Part shown: positions 38,569 through 52,722 of the stretch, piece by piece
How the letters are laid out: each line of letters opens with the position of its first letter
How positions within the stretch are numbered: position 1 is the stretch's first letter
Source: Eledone cirrhosa
Lineage: Eukaryota
Reading direction: 5' to 3'
DNA: 64,000 nt
NCBI GenBank assembly: GCA_964016885.1
Contig: OZ024761.1
Span: forward strand, 11,718,001-11,782,000
Notes under the pieces: model-generated
Database searches by the model: none
Told to the model about the DNA's origin: nothing
The model's input: the letters and a program-made list of their open reading frames with translations, nothing else
Position numbers and translations under genes: made by a program

Positions 38569-39136
38569 GGGTGTTACTCATATTCCAACCTGTCCAAAAG
38601 AACGATGTCTAATAATAAAGCTAGAATTTAGATAATACATCTTAATCCATGTTAGGTATGGTCATTTGGTACCCGGTAAGGGTAATTAGACTCATACCAA
38701 GGTAGAGAGGATCCTCTTCTGCGTATCGAACATCAGTTGGTATCGATGACTTCCAGATGGGTATCAATAAGAACTAATATATCTGAAAATATTACTAACT
38801 ACACACAACCAAAAAATCAGCGCCAACCCAACACACACAGAACGTCCGCCTATCCTTGTCCAAAGGCTGGACATATTTATTTATATATATATATATAAAG
38901 GTCTAATATATATACATATATATATTAGTCCGATCTTTAAAACTGTGTTTGTCTTGTCTATTCTTGTTTAATAAATAATCTACACAATACCAAACCAACC
39001 ATATATAAATATAATAGAAACTAACCGTCTACTCAAAACGAAAGCACGCGCGCGCGTGTAAATGTGTGTGTGTATATATATTTATTTTACTATACATAAA
39101 TATATATATATAGTTTTACTATACACACACACATGC

Positions 39137-39189
<53 letters not shown>

Positions 39190-39294
39190 TATATATACAA
39201 TGAAACGAGGAAGTTCACGTCCATAACTCGATTCCTGGACAGGGCGACGCGTTGTGTTATTTTTTAAGCAAGACGCTTCAATCCACGTTGCTTT

Positions 39295-39790
39295 GCCATG
39301 ATAGGATTGGAGGCCCCGATCATTATTACATGAGAGTAGATCACATATGAGGCCTGCTAAACCTACATAGGCGTGAGCTCTAGCATGATAGGACTGGATG
39401 TCCTTTATTAGATGTTTTAATAAAACACCCAAAGAAACCTCCCATGAGATCTGAGGCCAGTTAAACCTACATGTGTGTGTTAGCTGTAGCAACATGATAG
39501 GACTGGAGTCCCTGATCATTATTAAAACACATAAGAGTACATCAGTACATCACATAGGTGTAGCTAAACCTACATGTGTGTGAGCTGTAGCAACATGGTA
39601 GGACTGGAGGCCTTTATTATCAAAACACCCAAGAAACCTCCCATGAGATTCGACTTCATGAGAGGTCAGATAAACCTAGGTGTGAACTGTAACAACATGG
39701 TAAGACTGGAGGCCTTTATTATTAAAACACTCAAGAAAGATGTTATGAGATTCAATCTCGTAGGAGACCAAACTAAACAAACCTACATCG
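39295..39790. repeat. Diverged ~85-110-bp tandem repeat x5
   Basis: catg(a/g)taggactggag...ttaaaacac...taaacctaca recurs. Confidence 0.8.
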
Positions 39791-40102
39791 ATACGAAATG
39801 TATATTTCATGTCATGTCATATCATGTCTCGACCGAAATCGGTGTCTGACAATTTTCTGTCTAAACGACACCCGTAATCTTATATAAACCTTTTATGTAA
39901 ATGATCGTTAAATATAATAAATACATATCAAAGTCTGAAACGAACATTATTTATTTTTAAAATTAGTAAAAATGATTTAAAAGAAGCTAGTTTCAATAGG
40001 AAAATAAAAATCACTGATTAGATTATAGACGATAGAATAAAGTACTTGGTTGCTATTTTAATATGAAGGATTGCTCTTCTCTCGTTATAATCGGTGAATA
40101 TA

Positions 40103-40137
<35 letters not shown>

Positions 40138-40799
40138 GAAAGGTATAGAAAGGTATATATATAAATATATATACGTTGGGGGGAAAACAACATCCAGCAC
40201 ATGATCAAATATAATATACTCATTTTATAATACAGTGTGATAAATAATGAAATCAGAAAAACAACTCATACAGCAGAAATATTGTTCAAATAACATTGAG
40301 ATACGTAAAAAAAAATGTAACAAGTGTCAGATTATTATTATTTTTTTTTAAATATTGAGTAAAGATGAAATATTACTTACTTTACTTGAGAGAGAACCCA
40401 TAAAAAATCGCCCCCTCAACGAAAAATATATATATACATCGATGTACATGCAAAGAGAGATATGGAAAGTATGTGTGTGGTGTGTCTGTGTGTATGTATG
40501 TGTATTTGTGAAGAAGATATGAGAGGACGAGTGGAGAAAGGAGAAAGACGACTGATGTGAAGGAGAGACGATGAATGAAAGAGAGAGGACAAGGCTAAGA
40601 AAGTTAAACTTGGCGCCTTCCAATCAACATGACAGCCGTACACAAAGTCGGGGTTCATTCCTCGCCTGCTGATCTTACTAACAATAAACCGGCGACGGCG
40701 CTGGTTAGAATCTGAAGGAGAAGGAGGAGGATATGGCAGACATAGTGCAATTATTTGGATGGCATTTTTTTTTCCTTTGGGTGATAAAAATAATAACAA

Positions 40800-41345
40800 T
40801 AATGATTTCTACTTTTGGCACAAGGCCAGCAAATTACCCCCCAGTGTATTACTAGTACTTTATTTTATATACCCCGTAAGGATGAAAGGCAAAGTTAACC
40901 TCGGCGGGATTTGAACTCAGACCGTAAAGGACCGTAACTCTATGCTGCAAAGCATGTTGTCTGACTCTTAATAATGGTTTCTTATATAGGCACAAGGCCA
41001 ACAATTTTGGCGAAGGGGAAAATCGATTAAATCGATCCCCAGTTCGTGACTGGTGCTTTAATTTATCTACCCCGTAAGGATGAAAGGCTAAGTTAACCGC
41101 GGCGGGATTTGAACTCAGACCATAACTCTTGCTGCAAAGCATGGCGTCCGACTCTTAATAATAATGATTTCTACTATAGGCACAAGGCCAGTGAATTACT
41201 GGTGCTTTATTTATTGACGCCGTACGTTCTGTGTTCAAATCTCGCCGAGGTTAACTTTGCTTTTCATCCTTACGGGGTCGATAAAATAAAGCGCCAGTAA
41301 TGCACTGGAGTAATTGCTGGCCTTGTGCCAAATGTAGAAACAATT
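40800..41345. mobile_element. S1 SINE cluster: two to three minus copies followed by one plus copy
   Basis: Minus copies at ~40800-41190, plus copy at ~41225-41345, forming an inverted arrangement. Confidence 0.75.
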
Positions 41346-41357
41346 ATTTCATATATA

Positions 41358-41443
41358 CAGTGTCCCCAAAAATGCATACATATTTTGATTACATGGACAG
41401 GCAATATTTATTAGAATAGTGCGTACATTTTTGGGACACCCTG
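41358..41443. mobile_element. Short Tc1-like MITE
   Basis: ta-CAGTGTCCCCAAAAATG ... CATTTTTGGGACACCCTG-ta. Confidence 0.6.
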
Positions 41444-42429
41444 TATATATCAGAGCCAGTATGTATAAATACATACATACATACATTGGGACAAGTATCC
41501 CTTCCCCCGGAACAGACAGGGTTGCTCAGTCGTGCCTATAGCCCACAACGTCCCCATGTGCTGGTGTCACGATAAAATGTTCACAGAACACTGTAAAGTG
41601 GTTGGTGTTAAGAAGGGGCGAGAGGACCCTTCAGTTGTATCAAATTCATGACAACCTCCCTAGTGTTGATACCACGCTGAGCCGGATTTAGGACAAAAGA
41701 GGCCCTGTTCTAGTTATTAGGCCACTTACTTGGGCCCCGAAGGAGGTAGACGCGGGAGGCCTACACAGGTAGATGGGTTCCATTGGCCAACAGGGCCCTA
41801 TGCTTAAGCACAATCCGGCACGATAAAATCTACCCATTTCAACACCAACAAATGTATCATACGTCTAAAATAAATACAACAGATTTTGTGATTTTTTTCT
41901 TTTTATAATTTGATGGCTAAAATGGCTCTTCCGCGCTTTAAAAAAATCTTTGTTTCTATCAATGGCACAATATTTTTTTTTTACCTACGAAGTGACGTTA
42001 ATAAAACACAAATGCAAGAAATTCAGTCTTTTATTAATTAATTCATCCATTCATGTAATCATAACGACTTAAGTAAAATAAATGCCTTCCTGTAATCGAA
42101 GATCGAATCTCGATATAACAAATCAAACCTGCAGGATGTTTGCATTTAATGTTCAACTTAAAACCTTTATTCAGCATATAATGGACAAATATATTGATAA
42201 TAGATTGGTAAATATTTCTCTAGAATAAAAGAAAAGATAATTCATGCTAGAAAAGTTCTCAAAATTCCTTCTAAGGTGAAAGGTTAACAAATGGCACTTA
42301 GGCTATTTGACTGAGCCCGTGCTGCCAATAATGGTTTCTGATTCAGACAAAAGGCCAACAATTTCAGGAGAGGAGAAAGTCGATTAAATCAGCCCCCAGT
42401 GCGTTACTGGTACTTTATTTTATCTCGAA

Positions 42430-42740
42430 GAGTGAAAAACCGCGAATATTGGACGTCGTCCAGAAAAATGCCGATAAACATCAAAATATAACGTAAAATA
42501 TAAATTTAAAAAAAGGGAATTTCTTATGCGAAGGGGCGTCCAATAGGCCGGCAAATACGGTATATTGTTATTAATAATTTAGCGTTAAATAAAAAATATT
42601 GCCTCGAAAAAGCCATAAAAAATCGCGGAAGATATTTACGATTCCGCAAATATGCGGTGGTTTCCACTAACAATTATTAGTTAGGTTCTAAAGAAAATTC
42701 CGCGAATAACCTGGACCGCGAATGCCGGCGTACACTGATT
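42430..42740. mobile_element. Possible pogo/Tigger-like MITE remnant
   Basis: Recurrent CCGCGAA motifs and end ...GGCGTACACTG; left TIR not identified. Confidence 0.3.
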
Positions 42741-44374
42741 ATATCTAGCGATCGACTGATGAGATGGGACTGCCAGTGTTTCGTTGGTTTTCCTGTATTC
42801 GCCGAATTCATGCTTGCCTTCCGGGGGTCAATTTAATCGATTTAGCTCCTCCTCTTAAAATTGCTGGCCTTGTGCTTAAATTAGAAACCATTATTAATAT
42901 ACAGATAAAGAATTGGTCGAAATGGTATAGAGCCAGGCTAAATTCTTCTCCTGTACATAGTTTCGTTCGACTACAATAGCTAAACTAGTTGCCAAGTCGT
43001 ATGTTTTATTGTCATTCCTATACAAAACAAACACCCCGAAAGCTTTCATGAGCTTCAGAATCGATCTATTGTTGTCTATGAAAAATTATTGAGTGACCGA
43101 AACAGTAAATTGCAACAGTTAGTAGCCGTCACAGTTCGAACACTGCCAATATAAGTATAAACGAAACGAAAACAAACTGTTCAACAAAAGAGATTAATAA
43201 AGTAAGTACCAGATTTTAAAAGTAAAAAAATGTTTGGGGATTGATATGATCGGCTAAACGTTGTTCAATGGCCGCAGTCTAATGACTGACACCCTTCCTC
43301 ATTACCGTCACCACCACCAAATAAGTCATTAACTACGACAGAGTGACTAAAAGGAACGGTTGAGTGCCGAACAAAATAGTTAAACGTCCGAAAAAAGTAT
43401 TTAGTTACGTCCCTTTACATTCGAAGCTCAAATTATATGGAGATCGATAAAAATAAATATTAATCAAGTACTGATGTCGAGATTAAATTTACTGACTATC
43501 CTATTCTACTCCAAATAAATTTTTGGAGCCTTTTGATAATAAAAAAAAATATATATATATATATATTAGAAATAACCAGTGGTTAAGCTTTCGAATCACA
43601 CACAAATGATAAAACGCTAGATGTTATTTAGCTACGGACGGACCTGTGTTGATTGGAAAATCACGGTCGTAATATAAGTTCGAACCCTATATACGCAGTC
43701 TGATGTGGGTTCGTGGAAATGACACAGCACCACACTGCAATATTTAATTTCGTTAGATAGGTTGCAGAACTGGTCGAGCGCCGTATGAAATAAAATGTCT
43801 TGCATTACTTTTAGTTAAGTCTCTTTAACGTGTGCTAAGTTTAAAATCTGTGTCTTTCCCCCATCTCCCAAAGTTAGATTTAGTCGACTGTACATCATCA
43901 CCGCATTCATCTGCGTTTTGAGTTCACTATCGATTCATCTTAACAAAGTTTCCGAGAAATCATTATCAACAGCGTTTGATTACCGAAGACGAGGTCGTTG
44001 AATTAGTTTGTAACGCAATCATGGCCATGGCGTTTGTAGTTCTCGGCTTTAATTGCACAATTAGGTCTGAAACGAGTTCTGTGATTTTTATTATTTATTT
44101 ATAATCAGTTATTTGTTTTGTTTAGCCACAGGTCGACTCCGATCGAAAAGACCGACGATCAAACAAAAACGTTCCCGATATTTGTACATCTATCACTACA
44201 TTGTCCGTGTTATAATAAATACAAAAAAAAAAACAGTGTAAATTGATAAGAGATTTGTCTGCTGTTTCTCGGAGGTGTGGCAACCATGTAAAACCCTCCC
44301 TTGTTATGTAAACGTCAGGGGTAAAAATAATTTTTTTAAAATAATACTATGTCGTAGCTACGATAGCTAGATCT

Positions 44375-44570
44375 TGTCGACATTAAATAAAAATAATACC
44401 ATGTGGTAGCCAGATCTCGTTGTCATTAAATACATAATACTATTTTCTAGTCAGATCTTGTCAGTATTAAACAATAATAATAATAATAATACAGTGTTTG
44501 CTAGATCTTGTCGACATTAAAAACTACTATCTGGTAGGCTGATTTGTCGGCATGTGAATATTTGTCGACA
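44375..44570. repeat. Degenerate tandem repeat with an agatcttgtcgacattaaa core
   Basis: Four to five recurrences. Confidence 0.6.
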
Positions 44571-46254
44571 AGCACCAGTTAAGTTCGATGACAGACTCAA
44601 CCGGAACTAACAAACAGCGTTTACAGACACGTGCCCGCTTTCAAACGAAAAAGCCGACAATCAACTGCGTAATCAAACGATTTATTAAACATATCATTTA
44701 ATTTCAGTCATTAATATAGTTAAAAATTATATCAGAAATTCTTCGGGAAAGTCTACAATACTTCTATTAGAACTTATCGCCTCATTATAGACACGGTTTG
44801 GCGTATTTTGTTACATAGTCAGTCCTATTGTTGTTTATCGCACCAGAATCAGTTTTTTTACTGAGCAGATCAACAATCAAAGGCAGTTTTATGCTTTATT
44901 CATTATTATTTTTTCCAAAACAGTGTCTAGATCTACATTATCTAATATGTCACTTTCTTCATTTTAAGACGGAAGGTTAGGACTTCAATGTATGGCTAAT
45001 TTATAAACAGGTCGAGCGGGTTACATGGAAGATAGCACTGGTCTCCTGGACCCAGAAAGAAAAACCAATATTTTTTAGAGGTTTTTTATTTTATTTTATT
45101 TACGGCTAAATGAGCGATGTCGACATTGTGGTCCACGTAAATAAAAGCTAGAAATTATCAAACAAAACAAGCTTCCACCAGCGAAAGAAAATCAGTCAAG
45201 TTAGAAGAAGAGAATATGCTCTAATCACAAAGATCTTAATTTTATACAAACAGAAGACAGACTTATTAAATAATGAAAATATAGTAAATTGTCATGAGTA
45301 TTGAGTAATTATTGTGGAAATTAAAACTCTGGGTAATCCCAGAGTTTTAAGATTTCTGACACCAAATCTATAAAGAAACGCAAAAATCTTAAGTTATTAC
45401 GAAACGTGTTTTCCTCTACAAGATAAATAATTTGAAAAGTATCGTGAATGTAGTAATTCAATGGAAATAGAATGGCGTGTGTATTATTTATTAATTAACC
45501 AGGCGTAGACTGTCTTGCTCCATCCTTAAAAGATTCGCCGGACCCGCATTTCTCTGGTTCGTTTTCATGGAAGTGATAGCGGCCAAGTGACAAGATGACT
45601 GTAAATAAATGGCAAGTATTCGGACAAAGTCATTGCAATAGAAATCAACAACTGTCTTTGTTTATTTGAAAGAATAGACAAAACTTTCACTTGACAAAGC
45701 ATGGGACCCGGTCAAAACACATGGAGGCTATGCTTGAAGCAGTTGTACAATTTGCCTATTTGTTATTTTAACAACCAACTGTTTGAGGTCAAAACTTACA
45801 TGATATGTTATGATTAATACATAGATATTATTATTTCAATATATTTAATGTACATAACTTCATTTACTGACGAATTCCATTTATTAAAACTATAGACGAG
45901 CGGATTTGGGTTAAAAATAATTAATACGAAAATTCCTTCCGTTAAGATAAATTGTTTGCGGTTTTTTTTAAAGAACACATGCTTAAAATGATGACAACAA
46001 CAATAAAAATAGGAAAATTTTAGTTTAGACATACCGAATAATATAGAGACAGTTGATAGAAAGTTTCAGTAAATGTCTATAATGCAATCGATCTGATGTG
46101 GCACAAGAGTAAACAAGGAATATTTTAAACTGCTCCTCACTCGCTTCAAGGAAGCAGACATATTGAAAATAACAACTAGTATTTAACTCACTCCTCCTCT
46201 CACACGCACACACTTTTACTATCACCACTGTTGGTGTTGCGCACTTTCTCTTTC

Positions 46255-47012
46255 CCCTCTTTATAAAAAACACACTCTTTCTTTCTCTTTTCTCTCCTTA
46301 TTGAACTTACACTCTTTCTTTCTCATTCCTCTCTTTATTGAACATATACTCTTTTTTCTCTTTAAAAAAAACCTATACTCTTTCTTTCTCTTTCCTTTCT
46401 TTATAACACCTTATACTCTCTCTTTCTCTTTTCTCTCTCTATAACACCTTATACTCTCTTTCTCTTTTCTCTCTCTGTAACACATTATACTCTTTTTTCT
46501 CTTGCCCTCTTTATAAACTCCTAATCTTTCTTTCCCTCTCCTCTCTTCATAAAACCTATACTCTCTTTTCCCCCTTTTAACATTAAACACTCTATTTTCC
46601 CTCTATATAAAAAGTACACTCTTTCTCCTTCCTTCTTTATAATACTTAAAACTCTTTTTTCTCTTTCTTTCTTTATAAATCTCAGTCTTTCTTTCTCTCT
46701 CCCCCTCTGTATAATACCGACATTCTTTCTTTTTATTTCTCTCTCTATAACACCTTATAGACTTTTTCTCCTTCCCTCTCTATAACGTCCTACACTTTTT
46801 TCTTTCTCTTTCCCTCTCTATAACGTCCAACACTCTTTCTTTCTCTCTCCCTCCCGACAACACCTATTCTCTTTCTTTCTCTCGTACTTTTTCTCTTATC
46901 AACCACTCTCTTTTACTTTTATATCTTTCTTTTCATCTCTCCTCCTTCTCACTACTAGCACACTCTCTGTCTTTCTTTCCCTCTCTCTTTATCGTTCGTT
47001 CTTTCCCTCTTT
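46255..47012. repeat. ~750-bp pyrimidine-rich degenerate tandem tract upstream of the PHF21A-like gene
   Basis: Almost G-free on +; recurrent ctttataacac..tactctttctttctct unit. Confidence 0.8.
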
Positions 47013-47509
47013 TTGAAAAGAAAAAAAAATAATAATATTAATACGCGTAGAAATGATAGAGCATCGTTTTGTTATGGGGAGAGAGAGTCAGCTTCTTCCA
47101 TCTTGGTTATCTCACTTTGCCTTTCTTTATCCACTACACCATAATACAGATAAGCTTTAAACACTTGTTTAAAGTCTTTCATCTTTTTTTTCCACAAACA
47201 ATTTCCCTCGAAAAACATCTCTATTCAACTTGATGGAAATTTTTTTTTGTTCGTTTTTATTTTCATAATACGCGTTGAAAAAGTAGTACTTCGCTTACAC
47301 ATCACATATACACACACATACATAGATATATAAACACGTACATACACACACACACACACATATATATACATACATACACACATATGTAATATATATATAT
47401 ATATATATATACACAGGTATATATAATATATATATATATACACATATATTATAAATATATATTTAAAGATATATATTTATATATATTATATATATATATA
47501 TATGTATAA

Positions 47510-47830
47510 ACAGTGTTCTTCTTCTTTGCATCCGGGTATTTTGTCCGGTCTCCGACGAACCATGGAAGTGATCGGATGAAGAAGACATGCGGAGGGAGAG
47601 AGAGAGAGCGAGCGAGCGAGAGAGAATATAGTACTTCTAAGTAGTAGTCGTTTTAAGTGTGACTTACAGCTGCGTTTCGATTTCCAGTCGATTCTTTTTT
47701 TTTGAAATAGCAGTCCAAACAGCCAAAACAGTCGAGATGTTTGCTCGAAACGACACCAGCGACTTCTTCGAGTCGGGATATTTTGCAACAGGCGCGGAAG
47801 AAAGTTATTCGGCCACAGACGGTGTGTGTG
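47510..47830 (+). promoter_or_regulatory. CpG-rich promoter / 5' UTR region of the PHF21A-like gene
   Basis: Unique, locally GC- and CpG-rich sequence 300-600 bp upstream of the ATG. Possible donor ACG|GTGTGT at 47821/47822 and an AG acceptor directly before the ATG (48122-48123). Confidence 0.5.
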
Positions 47831-48123
47831 TTGTTTTTTTTTGGTAGTAGTCGAATGTTAAAGAAGTATTTTTTGGGGGTTGTTTAACAAAAAAAAAAAA
47901 AACACAAAAAATTAAACAAAAAAAAAATATTTGGCTCCGCAGACGATCAAGAAAGAAAAAAAAATTAACAAACATAAGAGAGAAAAAAAATACACACCAT
48001 TTTTTTTTTTTTTTACACACACATAAAAGGAATATCTTAATATAAAAAAAGACTTTAAAGTGAAAAAAGAAAAAAAAAAAAGTTTTATTTTATTTTCTTC
48101 TGTGCTATAATTATACCCCAAAG

Positions 48124-48186
48124 ATGGCCAAGGAAGATCTGGATAAGATTCAAGCGGAACTGAAGGCGGCCATACAAAACCATCAG
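48124..48186 (+). CDS. PHF21A: PHF21A/BHC80-like PHD finger protein, coding exon 1 (MAKEDLDKIQAELKAAIQNHQ)
   Basis: ATG at 48124 (aagATGG), 21 open codons, donor CAG|GTTGTA. Matches my recollection of human PHF21A MELQTLQEALKVEIQVHQ and joins in phase 0 to the next two exons. One invertebrate gene is probably co-orthologous to PHF21A and PHF21B. Confidence 0.88.
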
Positions 48187-49089
48187 GTTGTATACAAAAC
48201 TTCATAAGCAAACTCTAACTCTAGCTCTAACTCTCTCTCAATCTTTTCCACTATTTCTGTGTCTCTGTCTTCCACCTTCTTTACAATCTTTCTACTTCTT
48301 TCAAGAAAAAAAATCAATTATTCGTTCGTCTTGATGTTGTTCATGTTATGTTATGTGATCATAACTTATGTCTCTCTCTCTCTCTCTCTACTACATTTCT
48401 TTCTAGTTTGTGGACGATCGAAGTAAATATATATATATATACATAATATATATACAGACACACATATTTATACACACTATATATTATATATTTATAAAAC
48501 TACAAACACACACTATATATATATATTTATAACACTACAAACACACACTAAATATATATATAACACTACAAACACACTATATATATACACACACACTATA
48601 TATATATATATATATTTATAACACTACAGACATACAATATATATATATATATAAGACTACACACACACACTATATATTTATAAGACTACAGACTCAATAT
48701 ATCAATATATATATATATAAGACTACAAACACTATATATTATATATTTATAAAAACTACAAACACACACTATATATATATATATATATATATATAACTAC
48801 CATCACAAACTATTAAGTTTCTATTTGTGCTTGTTTTGGTTTCTGTTTTTCAAATATTCTCCTAACACCTGGCTGAAAGTTAGACATTTGTATTTAATTT
48901 AATCACAGGAATTTCTTTAAAGAATTGACTATCGTCCTTCAGTCAGTCTACATTAATAATAAATAATATATATATATATATATACACACATTTATATATA
49001 TATATGTATATATATACACATATATATATTGACTACGATATTTTCGATTATTTCTCTTTGATTTAATTTGATTTTTGTGTCTGTGTGTG

Positions 49090-49122
<33 letters not shown>

Positions 49123-49210
49123 GCTTCTGTGTTGTGTAACGCGTTTAACTGTTAAATATGTATGTGTATAAATTAGCTTAATTCGTTGTCGCATTAAATG
49201 AGTATATATG

Positions 49211-49261
<51 letters not shown>

Positions 49262-50189
49262 GTGTGCGTGTGTGTTTGTGTAGTTGAATAAGTCTGTGTA
49301 AATGTAATTGTTTGTGTCGCATAAGATAGGTATGTTTCTTAGAAATATATATTTATGTGTATATTAATTGTATATATAACCATATATATATTCATGATGT
49401 GTATATTAATTGTACATAAATATACAATTACACGATTACACGAATATTTATATAGTTAATATGGGGTATAAATCTCTATCTATCTATATATATATATATA
49501 TATACACACAGTTATATATACGAGTGTAATCAGTAAAGTTATGTGAGTATGCGCCCGCGCTAGTTGTAAAATATGTAAAGAAGAAGAAATATATATATAT
49601 CTGTTATATATAATGTAGTGTCTCACTTGAGTTATATTATCTAATTAATTCTCTAACATACTCCAATCTAGATAAGATATATAATTATATATATATATAT
49701 TATATAAGTTGTATGAAAAGTAAAGTTTACTTGGCCGAAATTGTTGTTTTTCTTGCCTCGAATGACTTGCCTACCTTCATGTTAGTAGTGAAAGTTAAAA
49801 CTCCATCGCATTTATTTTGTGATGGAATCGGCTTCATTCCCGATTACTCACCAAATTAAATAGTTTCGCCTTTTTTTAAATAATAATGATAATGATAATG
49901 ATGATGATGATGATGGTAATTGTTATTTTTGCTATTGTTGTTATTATTATTACATTATTGCTGCCAACTATTATAGATTTTTTTTTTTCCTCACAATTTT
50001 ATCTTCCCCTCTTTCTCTTTCACACACACATGTATGTGTGTATATGTATATATATGTGTGTATAATATATATATATATAGTTAGTTAGTTGTATCTACTT
50101 AGTTTTAAATATTTTTATACGAGTAGTGATTACTTTAAATTGTAAAAATGTTGTCCTTTCACTCACGCACACGCACACACACACATATA

Positions 50190-50261
<72 letters not shown>

Positions 50262-50339
50262 TATATATGTATATATATATATTTATAGATGGATATATAT
50301 ACATATATAGTTATATTTACTTAGTTTTTAATCTACTTT

Positions 50340-50433
50340 AACACCAAAGCCATCCCTGATCGAGCAGATCTGTATAAGTGAAAGGAGCATTCCAGGCGTG
50401 GCTATCCTGTCTTATTTTCTTTCAATCACTGTG

Positions 50434-50475
<42 letters not shown>

Positions 50476-51396
50476 CAGGCGAATGAACAGGGTGGTGGAA
50501 GTGTTAGGGTAGTCTCTGGTTTAGTTTAAGTCAGCTCTGATTCTGCAGACCTATGACCAACAATATTTCCATCCGTCGCTATCCCGTCTTTCACTCAGGC
50601 ATAATAAATATACCTAGGACTAAATTATACAATGTGCCCTTTTAGACATAATTATCATTTTAATTATTCTTATTTTTTTTTTTTTTTTTTTCAAAGATGG
50701 TATTTGGGGATATTGGGGCTGCTATTTCTAGCAGGTCGTGTGACCACGTTAGAGCCCCCCCCCCCTCTGTCTCGTTTGCTCGAGTTCTAAATATTACATG
50801 TTGTTTTGTGTTAAATAAAGTTATTTATGTCTGTGCATACATAAGTAGCAGTAGTAGTAGTAGTAGTAGTAGTAAAGTTATTTGTGTTTGCCAGTTCCTG
50901 ATCTTCTTCGTGTTATAAACGGCATGTGTGTGTGTGTGGAAGAGAGAGAGAGTAAGAGAGATACAGTTAATTTGTTTTTTAACCCTAGGTCAAACCTCAT
51001 ATGACACGACAGATTTACAATCAAAGGCGTTCCACTTATGGCCATACTGTTTTGTGTTGTATTTTTATTTATTTTATTCATTTAGTACTACATTAGTCAA
51101 CGTATAGTTTCTTTATCGAAAACAGTATGAGAGAGAGAGTTAGTTGGTTTGGCTGCTATTTCTAGCAGGTTGAGCAACTGCGAAGAAGTTCCTTCCTTCT
51201 TTAGCTCGATCATGTCTGACAGACTGATGATGATCAAAGGCGTTCCATTTATGACCATACCGTGGATATTTGGTTTGGCTGCTATTTCTAGCAGATCGAT
51301 CTTGTCGAACAGTGAACAATTGCTGGTCTGATCTGACAATCTTATGATCAAAGCCGTTCCACTTATGACCATACTGTCTTTATACACACACACACA

Positions 51397-51436
<40 letters not shown>

Positions 51437-51901
51437 TTGAATGATACAGTATATATATATATACTGTATCATTCAATGCATACTTTTTCTTCAGGGACTT
51501 GAAAGGTGCATTTAGCTGCTATTTCTAGCGGTTCGATGTCTCGATCATTGCTGGCTTGATCTGACAGGCTTATGATCAAAGACATTCCACTTATGGCCAT
51601 ACTGCCTTTACACATCTCTCTCTCTATATATATATACATATATATATGTATGTATGTGTGTGTGTATAATACTGTGTCATCGAACGTATAGTTTATTTCT
51701 TGGTGTATTTGAAGCTGATCATTTGGCTGCTATTTCTAGCATCAGGTCGATCTACTAGAAAGAAGTTGTTCCCTTGGTTAGCTCGAGTAAAGTTATGTCT
51801 GCTTGCGTTGTTGCAACTGTATAATAAATAAACGTTTGCTTTGGTTCCGATCAAACATGACCAACATTGAATTAGCAGGCTTCCTAACTTTAGTTTTAAT
51901 T

Positions 51902-51941
<40 letters not shown>

Positions 51942-52096
51942 CTTGGAATAATTATATATACATACATGTGTGTGTGTATTTATATATATTACTTGGAATA
52001 ATTGTATACACATACATGTATGTGTGTATTACTTGGAATAATTATATACACATACATGTATGTGTGTATTACTTGGAATAATTATATATACATACA

Positions 52097-52137
<41 letters not shown>

Positions 52138-52460
52138 AATAATTATATATACATACATATGTGCGTGTGTATATATATATATATATATTACTTGGAATAA
52201 TTATATATACATACATATGTGTGTGTGTCTGTGTGTGTATATTATATAACGTATAATTGGTATATAGGTTTATATATCCGTAGGTAGTTGATGGCTGAGA
52301 GAAGGAGCACTCAATACTGTGATAAACAGGCGAAACTCCAGAGTAACAAGACTCACTATTTAGCCTTAATAAAATGGTGTGTGTGTGTGTGTAGTTTTAA
52401 GATGGTTGTGGTTAACATTTGAAGGAGGTTTGGCTGGTGTTTCTAGGAGGTTCAAAGACC
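50340..52460 (+). repeat. Cluster of a dispersed repeat family (ttggctgctatttctagcagg / tatgatcaaag..ttcca)
   Basis: Motif recurs near 50715, 51148, 51275, 51510, 51722 and 52430, and also near 35095 and 44255. Class not determined. Confidence 0.6.
51935..52230. repeat. Minisatellite with a tattacttggaataatt core
   Basis: About 6 cores separated by TA/TG microsatellite. Confidence 0.8.
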
Positions 52461-52722
52461 ACATATATGTTGTCTTATTGCTATGTAGTATACATCAGTT
52501 ATACACACGTGTGTGTTTATATGTAGTAAGACATGGTATATACTTTAATCGTTATAAACTTAAGTCTAAAACTGTTTGTTTAAGATTGTCTTGTCTCCGT
52601 TCAATATCGATCATTCATGTTTATTGATTTTTTGTTTGTTTGTTATATATATATTTATATATATATATATATGTATATATATATAATGTGTGTGTGTTTA
52701 TATGTATGTGTATATATATATT

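Noticed and set aside
47101-47115. miR-9-like sequence tcttggttatct
   Set aside because: Seed differs from TCTTTGGTTATCTAG, the 3' part diverges and no star arm is evident.
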